Below are positions 1 to 10,098 of a stretch of 64,000 nucleotides of DNA, piece after piece. The position numbers and the translations under genes were made by a program. Positions within the stretch are counted from its first letter, which is position 1; each line of letters starts with the position of its first letter. Below the pieces are notes generated by a model. That model saw only the letters and a list, made by a program, of their open reading frames with translations, had not been told where the DNA came from and ran no database searches. This DNA is from Longimicrobiales bacterium (GTDB lineage Bacteria; Gemmatimonadota; Gemmatimonadetes; Longimicrobiales; Gaopeijiaceae): the NCBI GenBank assembly GCA_965204735.1, contig OZ242008.1, forward strand, positions 416,001-480,000. Direction: 5' to 3'.

Positions 1-578
1 TCGCCCTCGCCCGCCGTCCCCTCGCCGCCACCGCCCTCGCGCTGGCGACCGCAGGAACCGCGCCTGCATTCGTCCCGACGCCTCTTCAGGCCCAGCGTCC
101 GCCTCAGGTCGGGAACACGCCGGACTTCCGGGCCGAGTTCATCGGGCAGTTCGAGGCGTCCGCCCGGAAGCTGGTGGCCTTGGCCGAGGCCATGCCCGCA
201 GAGAGCTACTCGTGGCAGCCCATGGAGGGCGTGGCGTCGGTGGCTCGGGCGTACATGCACGTCGCCCGGTACAACTACATGTATCCGGACCAGAACCTGG
301 GCGTTCCCGCGCCCGCCGGCACGGAGTACGAGACGCTGGAGGAGGCGGTGACCGACAAGGACGAAGTCGTGGCGGTCCTCTCGGCGTCGATGGAACACGT
401 CCGCAGCGTGGTGGCCGGCATGTCCGACGCCGACCTGGAGGCGCCGACCCGTCTGTACGGTCGAGAAGTCGCCGGCTGGGCCGTCCTGCTCCAGCTGGTG
501 AACCACATGAATGAACATCTGGGGCAGCAGATCGCCTACGCCCGCATGAATCGGGTGGCGCCTCCCTGGTCGCGGTAG
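1..578 (+). CDS. DinB-family protein with N-terminal signal-like segment, 5' partial
   Basis: Frame of ORF 174..578 is open back to position 3 (ALARRPLAATALALATAG...QAQ). DinB-like motifs LAEAMPAESYSWQP...SVARAYMHVA and HMNEHLGQQIAYAR. Confidence 0.8.
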   Translation, partial: ALARRPLAATALALATAGTAPAFVPTPLQAQRPPQVGNTPDFRAEFIGQFEASARKLVALAEAMPAESYSWQPMEGVASVARAYMHVARYNYMYPDQNLGVPAPAGTEYETLEEAVTDKDEVVAVLSASMEHVRSVVAGMSDADLEAPTRLYGREVAGWAVLLQLVNHMNEHLGQQIAYARMNRVAPPWSR

Positions 579-643
579 AACCACCGTCGTCGCGGGAACG
601 ACCACGGCGCGCCTGCGGTCGGCGCCGACCGGACGGACGCCGC

Positions 644-1417
644 TCAGATCGCTTCCAGCGCGTCCAGCTCCAGCCAGCCGACCTTTCCGTCGGCCAACAC
701 CACTTCGGCCCACTCGCCCGAGCGCTGATCGATCCGCACCTTCGTGCCGGCGTGCAGCGTGAAGACCGTCAGGCCGCCCTCGGCGGAGGGGGCGCTGAGC
801 ACCCGGGCCTGGGCCGCCACGACCACGGCTTCCTCGGGCTGGGCGACTCCGGCCTCCCGCGCCAGCAGCGTTCCGCCCAGCGCCGCCGTGGCCAGCGCCG
901 CTCCGTACCCGGTCCGACGGACCGCGACCTTCCAGCCTCGCGGCCGACGCAGCACCAGAAGCACCCCCGCCAACCCCAGGACGCCCCAGCATCCGGCCAC
1001 GGCCGCGGCCAGCGCCCCCCTCGGCAGCAGCTTCATCCACCAGTCGAACGCCCCCAGCAGCCAGAAGCGGGGCAACGGCTCGATCCTGTCCCGAAGCCGT
1101 TGGTTGACGAGCGACAGGTTGGCAAGGACGTCGTCGTTGCCGGGGTCCAGCCGGAGAGCGCGTTCGTAGGCGACCACCGCAGGAGCGACCTCGCCCATCC
1201 GGTAGCGGGCGTTGCCCAGGTTGTAGTAGAGGACGGCGGACTCCCAGCCGCTCTCCAGCACGGCCTCGTACTTGGCGGCAGCCCCGGCGAAGTCGCCCCC
1301 TTGGTAGAGCCGGTTGCCTTCCTCGAAGAACGTCGTCTGGGCCGACGCGGCGAAAGGCCGTCCCAGCGCCGCCGCCAGGACGACGGTTGGAAGCAAGAGC
1401 GCCCCGGAACGCTTCAC
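644..1417 (-). CDS. batE: BatE-like TPR + SH3 protein
   Basis: C-terminal part of ORF 644..3217. GTG at 1417 overlaps batD stop. Signal peptide, TPR (LYYNLGNARYRMGE), two TM segments, C-terminal SH3b-like (LHAGTKVRI...GKVGW). Confidence 0.85.
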   Translation of the reverse strand: MKRSGALLLPTVVLAAALGRPFAASAQTTFFEEGNRLYQGGDFAGAAAKYEAVLESGWESAVLYYNLGNARYRMGEVAPAVVAYERALRLDPGNDDVLANLSLVNQRLRDRIEPLPRFWLLGAFDWWMKLLPRGALAAAVAGCWGVLGLAGVLLVLRRPRGWKVAVRRTGYGAALATAALGGTLLAREAGVAQPEEAVVVAAQARVLSAPSAEGGLTVFTLHAGTKVRIDQRSGEWAEVVLADGKVGWLELDALEAI

Positions 1418-3264
1418 GTCGAGAACTCCTTGGCCAACTTCGCCATGAGCGTCGCGGCGCGTTCCAGCGCCTGCTCCGGGGGTTCGCGGTCGGTGCCGGC
1501 CGGGGCGAACCGCTGTCGGTCGCAGTGGTCCAAGCACTCGAAGAGGCGCTCCAGCGTGTCGGCGGAAGCGCCCCGAGCCGCCGCCGCCCGCCGGACCTCC
1601 TCGCGGACCAGACTGGCCGCGGAGACGTTGATCTTGTCGGCAAGGAACCCCTGGAGGGCGCCCGCCACCTCGGCGTAGAAGGCCCGCGGGTCGCCGGAAG
1701 CCAGTCCCTTGGCCTTGGCCAGCCGCTTCCTCGCCATCCGACCGGCTCGGCGAGTGCGGGCGTACGCCAAGTCCCCTTCCAGTCGGTCGCGATGCCGGCG
1801 GTACGCCCCCGCGCCCGCCACCGCCCCAAGGGGCAGCAGCAGCGCGACCCAAAAACCGCCGGTGGCGAAGAGGCTGCGGCCCACCGGCGCGAACCTGGCT
1901 CGCCCCACGTGGATGAAGCGGATCTCCTCCCGAACCGCCTCGACGGCGGACGGAACCGCACCCGGTCCCTCGGACGAGACGGCGCTCGCGACCGACACCT
2001 CGATCGGCCCCGCTCGCGACGTGCGGTACGTCTGGGCGCCGGGGTCGAAAGAGGACACCTCCACGGGCGGCAGAACCACGCGCCCAGGAGCGCGGGGGAT
2101 CAGCACGTAGTCGAAGGAGCGAGCCCCTTGAAGACTGCCGCCGCCTGGAGAGATGCGCTCGCTGGCTTCGGGGGGGAAGACCTCGAACTCGGACGGAAAG
2201 TCGATCTCGGGGGGCGGCAGGGTGCGCAAGTTGCCGGTGCCCGTCATCTCCACGCGGAAGGTGACCGCTTCGTTGGCGTTCACCGAGGATCGGTCCACCG
2301 ACGTGGAGACGCTCAGGTCGCCCACGTGGCCTCGGAAGCTCGCGGGCCGCCCCCCCGGGGGCAGAGGAAGGACCTCGATCTCGACTGGCCGCGACGCGGC
2401 CGCCACCGGGACTCGGCTGTCCAGCAGGCTCGACCGCCCGAAGATGTCGCCGAAGGGGTCGAAGGAGCGGTTCCGAACCCGAACCTGCGCTTCCAGGCCG
2501 ATCGGGTCCAGCGTCTTCTTGCCGGGGCCGGTCGGGAAGAGGGCGGTGCGGCGGATGACCGCCGAGGCGTACGCCTGCCCGTCGCGCACCACCTGCTCCA
2601 CGCGGGGCGACTCCGGCTGCTCCAGCTCCTCCGTCAAGAAGCCGGTCGCCAGGGGCAGGTCCGTGATCGAGTACGACTCCACGTCGACTCGGGTAAGGAT
2701 ACGGTACTCCACGGTCACCGGCTCGTTCTCGAAGGCCCGGGTCTTGCTCACGGTGGTCTCGACGAACAAGTCGTCCGGACCAACCGCGGCACCCGGGTCG
2801 CCCACGCCCGCTCCGGCGCCCTGCCCGGCGCCCGCCCCCTGCCCCGCTCCGCTTCCGGGCGCCGGCGCATCGGACACCACCAGGGTCACGGGCGCCGTCT
2901 CCACGCTTCGGCCGCCCGCCGCGACCTGCACCGGCCCGATCTCGAAGGAGCCCTCGCGCGTCGCCAAGAAGCGGTACTGGTACGTGAGCGACACGCTCGC
3001 CCGACCGTTCACGAACTGCATTGACGTGGACGTGCCGGCCCCCTGGTAGCGAGCGAACTCCTCCATGGGGGGCAACGTCGGTTCGGCGTCCAGCTGCTGC
3101 ACGCCCGACACTTCCACGTTCAGGACGAACTGCCGCCCGACCCCCACCTGCGCCGCGCTCAAGTACGCCCGCGCCTCCACCTCCTGGGTGCTGGTCCCGG
3201 CGCTTCCGCCGCTCCACGCAGTCGCGACCAGCACGGCCAGGACGCCGCCGGGGACCCTGCCCAC
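1414..3264 (-). CDS. batD: BatD-family oxygen tolerance protein
   Basis: 616 aa, signal peptide, Ig-like BatD repeats (STSMQFVNG, GSFEIGP, GTGNL), C-terminal TM; position in Bat operon. Confidence 0.88.
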   Translation of the reverse strand: MGRVPGGVLAVLVATAWSGGSAGTSTQEVEARAYLSAAQVGVGRQFVLNVEVSGVQQLDAEPTLPPMEEFARYQGAGTSTSMQFVNGRASVSLTYQYRFLATREGSFEIGPVQVAAGGRSVETAPVTLVVSDAPAPGSGAGQGAGAGQGAGAGVGDPGAAVGPDDLFVETTVSKTRAFENEPVTVEYRILTRVDVESYSITDLPLATGFLTEELEQPESPRVEQVVRDGQAYASAVIRRTALFPTGPGKKTLDPIGLEAQVRVRNRSFDPFGDIFGRSSLLDSRVPVAAASRPVEIEVLPLPPGGRPASFRGHVGDLSVSTSVDRSSVNANEAVTFRVEMTGTGNLRTLPPPEIDFPSEFEVFPPEASERISPGGGSLQGARSFDYVLIPRAPGRVVLPPVEVSSFDPGAQTYRTSRAGPIEVSVASAVSSEGPGAVPSAVEAVREEIRFIHVGRARFAPVGRSLFATGGFWVALLLPLGAVAGAGAYRRHRDRLEGDLAYARTRRAGRMARKRLAKAKGLASGDPRAFYAEVAGALQGFLADKINVSAASLVREEVRRAAAARGASADTLERLFECLDHCDRQRFAPAGTDREPPEQALERAATLMAKLAKEFST

Positions 3265-3265
3265 C

Positions 3266-4186
3266 CTACCAATCCTTCCGGGGACGGCGGCCCCGGGCCT
3301 GGGCGGCTTTCCGGTTGACCTCTCCCGGGTCTTCGTTGATCGCCTGCAGCAGCCGCTCGGCTTGCTCGGGCGTCATCTCGCCGGGCGCCCGGCCGGCTTG
3401 GCCGTCGCCCTCTTCTTCCTCCGGTTCGTCCTGGCGGCGGCCTTCCTCCGGCTGGTCCCGAGGCGACTCGTTCTCGGCGCCGCCTTCGCCTTCGTCCTGC
3501 TGCTCCTGGGGCTCGCTGCGGTCCTGCCTGCCCTGTCCCTGCTGCCCTTCCTGATCTTCGTCCTGCTGCTCCTGCTCCTCGTTCGAGTCGCCGCTCTGGT
3601 CCTGCTGCTGTTGCTGCTGCTCGAGCTGCATCAGCGCCATCTCCAGGTTGTGCTTCGCGTCGCCGTCCGACGGGTCCAGGCGCAACGATTCCTTGTACGC
3701 CTCGACCGCCGCGCCCGGCTGCTGCTGGCGCACCAGGGCGTTGCCCACGTTGTACCACGCTCGGCTCCTCCACTCCGGGTCGCCGTTCTCCAGCGCATCC
3801 ATGTACGCTTGCATCGCACGCTGGAACTCTTGGCTCTGGTAGAGCGCGTTGCCCTCGTTGAAGCGGGCCAGCGGCAGCCCCGGAGCCTTCTTCAGCGCCT
3901 CCAGGTACCGAGCGTGGGCCTCCGAGTACTTGCCCTCTTCGTACAGCCGGTTGCCCGCCTCGACTTCCCTTCGTCCCTCTTGGGCGAAGCCATGGTCGGG
4001 CAAGACGGCCGCCGAGCCCACGAGCGCCAGGCACGCGGCAGTCAGCCGGGCGAAGCGCCGTCGCGCCGGGGCCACGCCACGGGCACGCGTTGTCGTAATG
4101 GTTGACGTGCCGAAGCGCCCTCGCGCCGCGGCCACGCCTCTGCCGTCCGCGCCGCCGGCGAAGCTCCTCTTCCGGATCGCGTCCAT
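3266..4186 (-). CDS. batC: BatC-like TPR protein with Gln/Glu-rich tail
   Basis: C-terminal part of ORF 3266..5185 from MDAIRK (ATG 4186, overlapping batB stop). TPRs (FNEGNALY, WYNVGNAL, AKHNLEMA), QE-rich linker, MTPEQAERLLQAI...KDW end typical of BatC. Confidence 0.85.
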   Translation of the reverse strand: MDAIRKRSFAGGADGRGVAAARGRFGTSTITTTRARGVAPARRRFARLTAACLALVGSAAVLPDHGFAQEGRREVEAGNRLYEEGKYSEAHARYLEALKKAPGLPLARFNEGNALYQSQEFQRAMQAYMDALENGDPEWRSRAWYNVGNALVRQQQPGAAVEAYKESLRLDPSDGDAKHNLEMALMQLEQQQQQQDQSGDSNEEQEQQDEDQEGQQGQGRQDRSEPQEQQDEGEGGAENESPRDQPEEGRRQDEPEEEEGDGQAGRAPGEMTPEQAERLLQAINEDPGEVNRKAAQARGRRPRKDW

Positions 4187-5214
4187 CACCTTTCTCCCTC
4201 TTCTCGGCGCGGCCGGCGCCTCTTCGTTCCGGGCACGACGAACTCCAGCGCCAGAAGGAGCAGCGCCGCCGCGACGAAGCTCTGGTACTGCTCCTCGAAC
4301 TGGGTCACCTCTCTTGATTCTACCTCGCGACCGCCCGTTCCGATCCGCTCCGCCAGCTGGACCAAGCCGTCGCCGGCCTGCCCGATCCTGTAGTAGCGGC
4401 CGCCCGTCTGCATGGCGATGTCCTGCAAGGCGGTCTCGTTCAGCCGCGTGGTGATCACGGCGCCCTGGTCGTCCCGGCGAAAGCCCCGTCGCGCACCGCT
4501 CTCGTCCACGGCGGGCAGCGGCACCCCCGCCGCCGTTCCCACCCCCACCGCGTGCACCGTCACGTTGGCCTCCGAAGCCTCCGCGATGGCCCCGGCCACG
4601 CCGCCTTCGTGGTCCTCGCCGTCCGTGACGATCACCAGGACGCGGTGCTCCGCCGGCGTCTCCTCCAGCGCCTCCAGCGCCACGGCCACGGCCTTCCCCA
4701 CGTCGGTGCCCTGGGTGGACATCAGGGTCGGGTCCATGGCGTTCAGGAACATCATCGCCGCGCCGTAGTCCGTGGTGAGGGGGCTCTGGACGAAGGCGTC
4801 GCCGGCGAAGGCCACCAAGCCGATCCGGTCGCCGTCGAGGCGCTGGATGATGCGGCCGACCTCGATCTTCGCGCGTTCCAGGCGGTTCGGCGCCACGTCC
4901 TCGGCGTACATCGAGCGGGAGACGTCCAGCGCCACGACCACGTCCTGCCCTTCCCGGCGCACGGTCTCGACCCGGTTTCCGAACTGGGGACGCGCCAGAG
5001 CCAACCCCAGGAGCGCGAACGCGACCAGCCCCAGGGCCGCCTTCCAGCGGCGCGCCGTGGCGCTCACCGAAGGGCGAAGCCTGCGCACCAGGGCGTGCTC
5101 GCCGAAGCGGTCCAGGAGCCCGCGCGAGCGCCGGGCCGCGTACCAGTGGAGGCCGAGGAGCAGCGGGACCAGCGCCAGGCTCCACAGGGCGACGGGGGCG
5201 CCGAACCGGAACAC
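4186..5214 (-). CDS. batB: BatB-like VWA domain protein
   Basis: BatA-type N-terminal TM, LARPQFG, MIDAS DVSRSM, TDGEDH. Confidence 0.88.
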   Translation of the reverse strand: MFRFGAPVALWSLALVPLLLGLHWYAARRSRGLLDRFGEHALVRRLRPSVSATARRWKAALGLVAFALLGLALARPQFGNRVETVRREGQDVVVALDVSRSMYAEDVAPNRLERAKIEVGRIIQRLDGDRIGLVAFAGDAFVQSPLTTDYGAAMMFLNAMDPTLMSTQGTDVGKAVAVALEALEETPAEHRVLVIVTDGEDHEGGVAGAIAEASEANVTVHAVGVGTAAGVPLPAVDESGARRGFRRDDQGAVITTRLNETALQDIAMQTGGRYYRIGQAGDGLVQLAERIGTGGREVESREVTQFEEQYQSFVAAALLLLALEFVVPGTKRRRPRREEGER

Positions 5215-5229
5215 TGCGCTAGCCCCTCG

Positions 5230-6222
5230 TCATGGCAGCGTCCGCAGCCAAGTGCGGGCCAGGAGCGCCTCCGCCAGCAGCAGCGCCAAGCCCGCCAGCA
5301 GCGGCAGAGCGAAGCGCTCGCCGTAGCGGGTGAAGTTCTCGACCTCGATCTCGGTCGTCTCCAGCTCGTCGATCTCGTCGTAGATCGCTTCCAGGCTCTG
5401 GCGGTCGGTGGCCCTGTAGTACCGGCCTCCGGTGGCCTCGGCGGTGGCGCGCAGGGCGGGCTCGTCCACGTCGACCTGGGTCGTGACGTAGCGACGGCCG
5501 CCGAAGCGGTCCGCGACGGGCACCCTGGCCATGCCTCGCGAGCCGGCGCCGACGGTGTACACGCGGACGCCCAGGGCTTGCGCCGCGTGAGCGGCCGTGA
5601 TCGGGTCGATCTCGCCCCGGTTGTTGCGGCCGTCGGTGAGGAGGACGACCACCTTCGACGCGGCCTCGCTGGCCTGCAGCCGCTTCACCGCGGTGGCCAG
5701 CCCCATGCCGATCGCCGTTCCGTCCTCGACCATCCCCACCTCCAGCTCGCCCAGAAGCGACGTCACCACGGAGTGGTCCAGCGTGAGGGGCGCCTGGGTG
5801 AACGCCTTGCCGGCGAAGATCACCAGCCCGATCCGGTCGTTGCGACGCCCCCGGGCGAAGTCGGCGGCGACGGCCTTGGCCGCTTCCAGCCGGTTCGGCG
5901 TCAAGTCCTCGGCGAGCATCGAACTGGAAACGTCCAGGGCCAGGATGATGTCAAGCCCTTCCGCGACCACATTCTCGCCGGTCACTCCGGTCTGGGGACG
6001 CGCGAACGCCACGACCAGGCAAGCGACGGCCAAGCCGCGCAGCGCCGCCGGCAGGTGTCGCGCCCACGTGCCTTCGCCTCGGCTCGCCTCGCGCAGCCCC
6101 GCCACGTTCGGGTGCAGCAGCGAGCCCTTCCGCTTGCGTCCCCGGGCCGCGTACCACCACGCCAGCAGGGGAACAACGCCCAGCAGGAGCAGGAACCAGG
6201 GGTCTTCGAAGCGGAAGATCAC
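5230..6222 (-). CDS. batA: BatA VWA domain protein
   Basis: C-terminal part of ORF 5230..6723 from GTG 6222 (IFRFEDPWFLLLL), overlapping upstream stop. FARPQ, MIDAS DVSSSM, GTAIG, LTDGRNNRG. Confidence 0.9.
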   Translation of the reverse strand: MIFRFEDPWFLLLLGVVPLLAWWYAARGRKRKGSLLHPNVAGLREASRGEGTWARHLPAALRGLAVACLVVAFARPQTGVTGENVVAEGLDIILALDVSSSMLAEDLTPNRLEAAKAVAADFARGRRNDRIGLVIFAGKAFTQAPLTLDHSVVTSLLGELEVGMVEDGTAIGMGLATAVKRLQASEAASKVVVLLTDGRNNRGEIDPITAAHAAQALGVRVYTVGAGSRGMARVPVADRFGGRRYVTTQVDVDEPALRATAEATGGRYYRATDRQSLEAIYDEIDELETTEIEVENFTRYGERFALPLLAGLALLLAEALLARTWLRTLP

Positions 6223-7316
6223 GAGACCGCCTCGGCGGGGACTGGCTCCCGCGCGGTGCGAGCGTGGCCGCCGCTGGTCATCCTCACCAGCTCGCGCGCC
6301 TGCTCCAGCACGCCTCGGGAGTCGGCGACGGACGGGCGCAACTTCGCGAACTTGACCAGGTCGCAGCGCTCCAGGAAAGCGCCGAAGCCGCCGCACACGG
6401 GTTCGCCCAGAGCGGCACGGCGCAACCCCCCCACGACTTCGGCCGTGGTCATTTCCAGCGCGGGCACTCCCAGCTGGCCCTCCACGTAGGCGCGCACGAT
6501 CTCGGAGACCTGGACATGGTACTCCTTGACTTCTCCCCGCTCCAGCAAGGACGACGCCTCCAGCGCCGCCAAGGACTCCAGCGCCACGAGGTGATGGGGC
6601 CGAGGCGGCGCCGGGGGCGGCCCGGTGCGGCGCGCGACCGGCCGGTTCCTTCGCCGACGCCAGAGGTGGACGACGCCTGCCGAAGCTGCGACCGCCAGGG
6701 CGAGCCACGCGAGGGGACCCCACCAGCTCCGAGCGATCGACAGCGGTCCCTTGATCTCCCGGATGTCGCCGGAGTCGTCCAGCCCCACGCTCTCGACGCC
6801 GATCCGGAAGGGGTCCGTCGTCAGGGTGTCCACGGTCCCGCCGGGCGCTGCGACGAGAACCTGGATCGGCGGCACCTCCAGCTCTCCCAGCTCGAAGCTG
6901 GTCACGACGAGCTCCGCCGCCGACCGCAAGGCGCCGCCCTCGATCGACTGCGGCTCGACGAGCCGGAAGCGCTGCACCTCGAAGGGAGACACGTCGATGG
7001 AATCGGCCCAGAGCACGGACCAGCCCGGCGGGTGGTCCACGACGAGCCGCACCGAGGTCGGATCGCCCACATGGATCGTCGTCGTGTCCACCTCCATGGA
7101 GACCCGGAGCTGCTGCGGCCCGGCAAGCTCTGCCGCCACCACCGCAGGCGCTCCGGCCCCGGTGCCCGCCCCGGCCGCAGAAGGTGCCCAGCCCCCGACC
7201 ACCGCGACGGCAGGTGCCCCGGCCCCGGCGACCGCCCCGACCGCAGAAGGTGCCCAGCCCCCGACCCCCGTCGCAGCCGCAACCGCCAACCCCACTGCCG
7301 GTCCCCGCCCCCTCAT
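6219..7316 (-). CDS. Conserved Bat-operon membrane protein (DUF4381/BatD-like)
   Basis: Ig-like N-domain, IREIKGP before a TM helix, EMTTAE and CDLVKFAK motifs typical of the gene between DUF58 and batA. Confidence 0.75.
   Translation of the reverse strand: MRGRGPAVGLAVAAATGVGGWAPSAVGAVAGAGAPAVAVVGGWAPSAAGAGTGAGAPAVVAAELAGPQQLRVSMEVDTTTIHVGDPTSVRLVVDHPPGWSVLWADSIDVSPFEVQRFRLVEPQSIEGGALRSAAELVVTSFELGELEVPPIQVLVAAPGGTVDTLTTDPFRIGVESVGLDDSGDIREIKGPLSIARSWWGPLAWLALAVAASAGVVHLWRRRRNRPVARRTGPPPAPPRPHHLVALESLAALEASSLLERGEVKEYHVQVSEIVRAYVEGQLGVPALEMTTAEVVGGLRRAALGEPVCGGFGAFLERCDLVKFAKLRPSVADSRGVLEQARELVRMTSGGHARTAREPVPAEAVS
7175..7266. repeat. 66-bp-period in-frame duplication (GGWAPSA...GAGAPAV x2)
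   Basis: CCGCAGAAGGTGCCCAGCCCCCGACC at 7175 and 7241. Confidence 0.85.
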
Positions 7317-8191
7317 CGCAGCCTTCGCGCCCGCGCCTCGAAGAACTGTCGCAGCGACCGCTCGTAGGGAACGCCCGTCGTCACGTCGACGGCGTCGATC
7401 CCGACCCGCCGAAAGAGCTCGTCCACCTTCTCCCGGGCGTCGGCCCGGAGCCGCCCGTACCGCTCCTGAAACGTCCGCGCCGACGTGTTGACGACGGCGT
7501 GCGACCCCGTTTCCGGGTCCTCGAACTCCACGAACCCCATGGGAGGCACCTCCGCCTCCCGAAGGTCTCCCACCCTCACCGCCACCAAGTCGTGGCGCCG
7601 GGCCGCGACCGACAGCACCTTCTCGTAGCCCGACGCCAGGAAGTCGGACGCCAGGAAGACCACGGCCCGCCGACGGATCACCCGGGCCAAGTACTCCAGC
7701 GCCTCGGCCAAGTCCGTTCCCTTCCCCTCGGTGGGGTGGTACAGAAGCTCCCGCAGCACCCGCAGCGCGTGGCGCCGCCCCTTGCGGGGAGGCACGAAGC
7801 GTTCGATCCGATCCGTGAAGAGGATCAGCCCGACCTTGTCGTTGTTCTTGATCGCGCTGAACGCCAGCACGCCGCAGAGCTCCGCCGCCAGCTCGGCCTT
7901 CATCCGATCCCGAGTGCCGAACCCCGCCGACGCGCTGGCGTCCACCACCAGCATCACCGTCAGCTCCCGTTCCTCCTCGAACACCTTGACGTGGGGCGTG
8001 CCCGTCCGAGCCGTGACGTTCCAGTCGATCCCCCGGATGTCGTCTCCGTAGGCGTACTCCCGCACCTCGGCGAAGCTCATCCCCCGCCCCTTGAAGACGG
8101 AGTGGTACTCGCCCGAGAACACCTCGTTCACCAAGCCCCGGGTCGTGATCTCGATCCGGCGCACCTGCTTCAGTATCTCGCGTGGAATCAC
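7313..8191 (-). CDS. DUF58 family protein
   Basis: GEYHSVFKGRGMSFAEVREYAYGDDIRGIDWNVTAR...EEERE signature. Confidence 0.93.
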   Translation of the reverse strand: MIPREILKQVRRIEITTRGLVNEVFSGEYHSVFKGRGMSFAEVREYAYGDDIRGIDWNVTARTGTPHVKVFEEERELTVMLVVDASASAGFGTRDRMKAELAAELCGVLAFSAIKNNDKVGLILFTDRIERFVPPRKGRRHALRVLRELLYHPTEGKGTDLAEALEYLARVIRRRAVVFLASDFLASGYEKVLSVAARRHDLVAVRVGDLREAEVPPMGFVEFEDPETGSHAVVNTSARTFQERYGRLRADAREKVDELFRRVGIDAVDVTTGVPYERSLRQFFEARARRLR

Positions 8192-8210
8192 TGCGCGCCG
8201 CCCCCTCGTC

Positions 8211-9200
8211 CTACGGAACTTCGACCGTGTCCAGCACCCGGGTCACCACGTCCTCGGCCGTGGTCTCTTCCGCCTCGGCTTCGTAGGTGAGGATCACCCG
8301 GTGGCGCATCACGTCCATCGCCACCGAACGCACGTCTTCGGGCGTCACGTAGCCCCGATGCCGCAGGAAGGCGTGGGCCCGCGCCGTCCTTGCCAGGCAG
8401 ATCGTGGCCCTCGGCGACGCCCCGAACGCCACCAGCGGCTCCAGCTCCTCCAGTCCGAAGGCCTTCGGCTCCCGGGTGGCGAAGACCAGGTCCACGACGT
8501 ACCGCTCGACTTGGCTGTCCATGTAGATCGTCTCGACCGCCCCTCGAGCCGCGACGATCTCCTCGGGCGTCACCACCGGCTGCGCCCTGGGCGCCGGCCC
8601 CGCGCTCATCCGCCGCATGATCTCCAGCTCTTCGTCCTTCGACGGGTACCCCACGGAGAGCTTGAGCATGAAGCGGTCCACCTGCGCTTCGGGCAGCGGG
8701 TAGGTGCCCTCCTGGTCGATGGGGTTCTGGGTTGCCAGCACCAGAAAAGGGGACGGGAGCTCGAAGGTGTTGTCGCCGATCGTGACGGTGCGCTCCTGCA
8801 TCGCCTCCAGGAGGGCCGACTGGACCTTGGCCGGCGACCGGTTGATCTCGTCGGCCAGCACGACGTTGGCGAAGACCGGCCCCTTGCGGGTCTTGAACTC
8901 CGACGCCTGGGGGTCGTAGATCAGCGTGCCGATCAAGTCCGCCGGCAGCAGGTCGGGCGTGAACTGGATGCGCTTGAAGGACGTGCGGATCGCGTCGGCG
9001 AGGGTCCGCACCGTGAGCGTCTTGGCCAGGCCAGGCACCCCCTCCATGAGGACGTGCCCGTCGGAGAGGATGCCGATCAGCAGGCGCTCGACCATCGTCT
9101 TCTGGCCCACGACCACTCTTCCCAGCTCCTCGAAGAGCCGGTCGAGGAAGGCGCTCGTCTTCTGGATTCTCGCCTGAATGACTTCGATTTCTCGGTTCAT
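8211..9200 (-). CDS. moxR: MoxR-family AAA+ ATPase
   Basis: GVPGLAKT Walker A, RIQFTPDLLPAD, LADEINR, ATQNPIDQEGTYPLPEAQVDRF. Start re-assigned to MNREIEV (ATG 9200). Confidence 0.95.
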   Translation of the reverse strand: MNREIEVIQARIQKTSAFLDRLFEELGRVVVGQKTMVERLLIGILSDGHVLMEGVPGLAKTLTVRTLADAIRTSFKRIQFTPDLLPADLIGTLIYDPQASEFKTRKGPVFANVVLADEINRSPAKVQSALLEAMQERTVTIGDNTFELPSPFLVLATQNPIDQEGTYPLPEAQVDRFMLKLSVGYPSKDEELEIMRRMSAGPAPRAQPVVTPEEIVAARGAVETIYMDSQVERYVVDLVFATREPKAFGLEELEPLVAFGASPRATICLARTARAHAFLRHRGYVTPEDVRSVAMDVMRHRVILTYEAEAEETTAEDVVTRVLDTVEVP

Positions 9201-9490
9201 GCAGAGTTGGCGCGGCTTGCGGCTTGGCAGGGCTGGGGGTTGCGCGAGATCGGGGGCGGACCGGCTGCGGCCCAGGGTCGCGGCCAGCGGTCCCGTGGCC
9301 GAAGCTCCGATTCGACGCTCGCGTGAAGACCGTCGAAAATTAGTGGACGCCGGAGGTTTCGGAACGGTTGCCCAGCGAAGCCCCCCGATGCGGCGGCGGC
9401 CGCCACGTGTCGCGGCATTTGCCGCGTTGCCGGGAAACACGCCAAGTTGCGCGGTCCTGCTCGGGGGTCTATCGTCGCACCCGTTGAAAG

Positions 9491-9532
9491 ACTTCGACCC
9501 GTCACCAGGGAACTTCGACCCGTCACCAGGGA
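9491..9532. repeat. Perfect 21-bp tandem repeat x2 just upstream of the DoxX gene RBS
   Basis: ACTTCGACCCGTCACCAGGGA at 9491-9511 and 9512-9532. Confidence 0.9.
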
Positions 9533-9541
9533 GAGGACGTC

Positions 9542-9973
9542 ATGAAACGCTGGGGGTTGTTCGCACTGAGGGCGACGATCGGGTGGCTTCTGGTCCTGTG
9601 GGGCCTGGACAAGCTGGTGAACGTCGAGCACGGGGTTCGGGTGGCCGACGCCTTCTACCTGGGCATCGGGAACCAAGCCCTGATCCAGAACGTCCTCGGC
9701 GTGCTGGAGATCGTCCTCGGGCTGCTGGTCGTCGTCGGGCTTTGGCGGAAACTGACCTACCCCGTGGCGTTCGTCGTGCTGGCGGTCACGGCGGCGGCGG
9801 TCTGGAAGTCCGTCTTGGACCCGTGGGGCTGGTTTCTGGAAGGCGCCAACGTCCTCTTCTACCCATCCGTGATCATCGCGGCGGGCGCGGCAGTGCTGTG
9901 GGGGACCCGAGACGAAGACGAGCTGACCTTGGACCACAGGCGGACCAAGGCCGACGACGACCCGCCCTGGTAG
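9542..9973 (+). CDS. DoxX-family membrane protein
   Basis: LRATIGWLLVLWGLDKL, LGVLEIVLGLLVVVGLW; four TM helices; GAGAGG RBS. Confidence 0.8.
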   Translation: MKRWGLFALRATIGWLLVLWGLDKLVNVEHGVRVADAFYLGIGNQALIQNVLGVLEIVLGLLVVVGLWRKLTYPVAFVVLAVTAAAVWKSVLDPWGWFLEGANVLFYPSVIIAAGAAVLWGTRDEDELTLDHRRTKADDDPPW

Positions 9974-10098
9974 CAGGCACGCGCCTCGGGCCCGGCAACG
10001 CACGGGCCGTCTTGGTCGCGGCACTTCGAGCGAGCCTCGTGCGCCCCGTGCCCGGCAGCGCACCGTCGAGACAGCGTCCTTGCCCGGAGGGCTTCCCT

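Noticed and set aside
644..9200. Bat/MoxR operon as a novel system
   Set aside because: Gene order matches the well-known moxR-DUF58-batABCDE locus.
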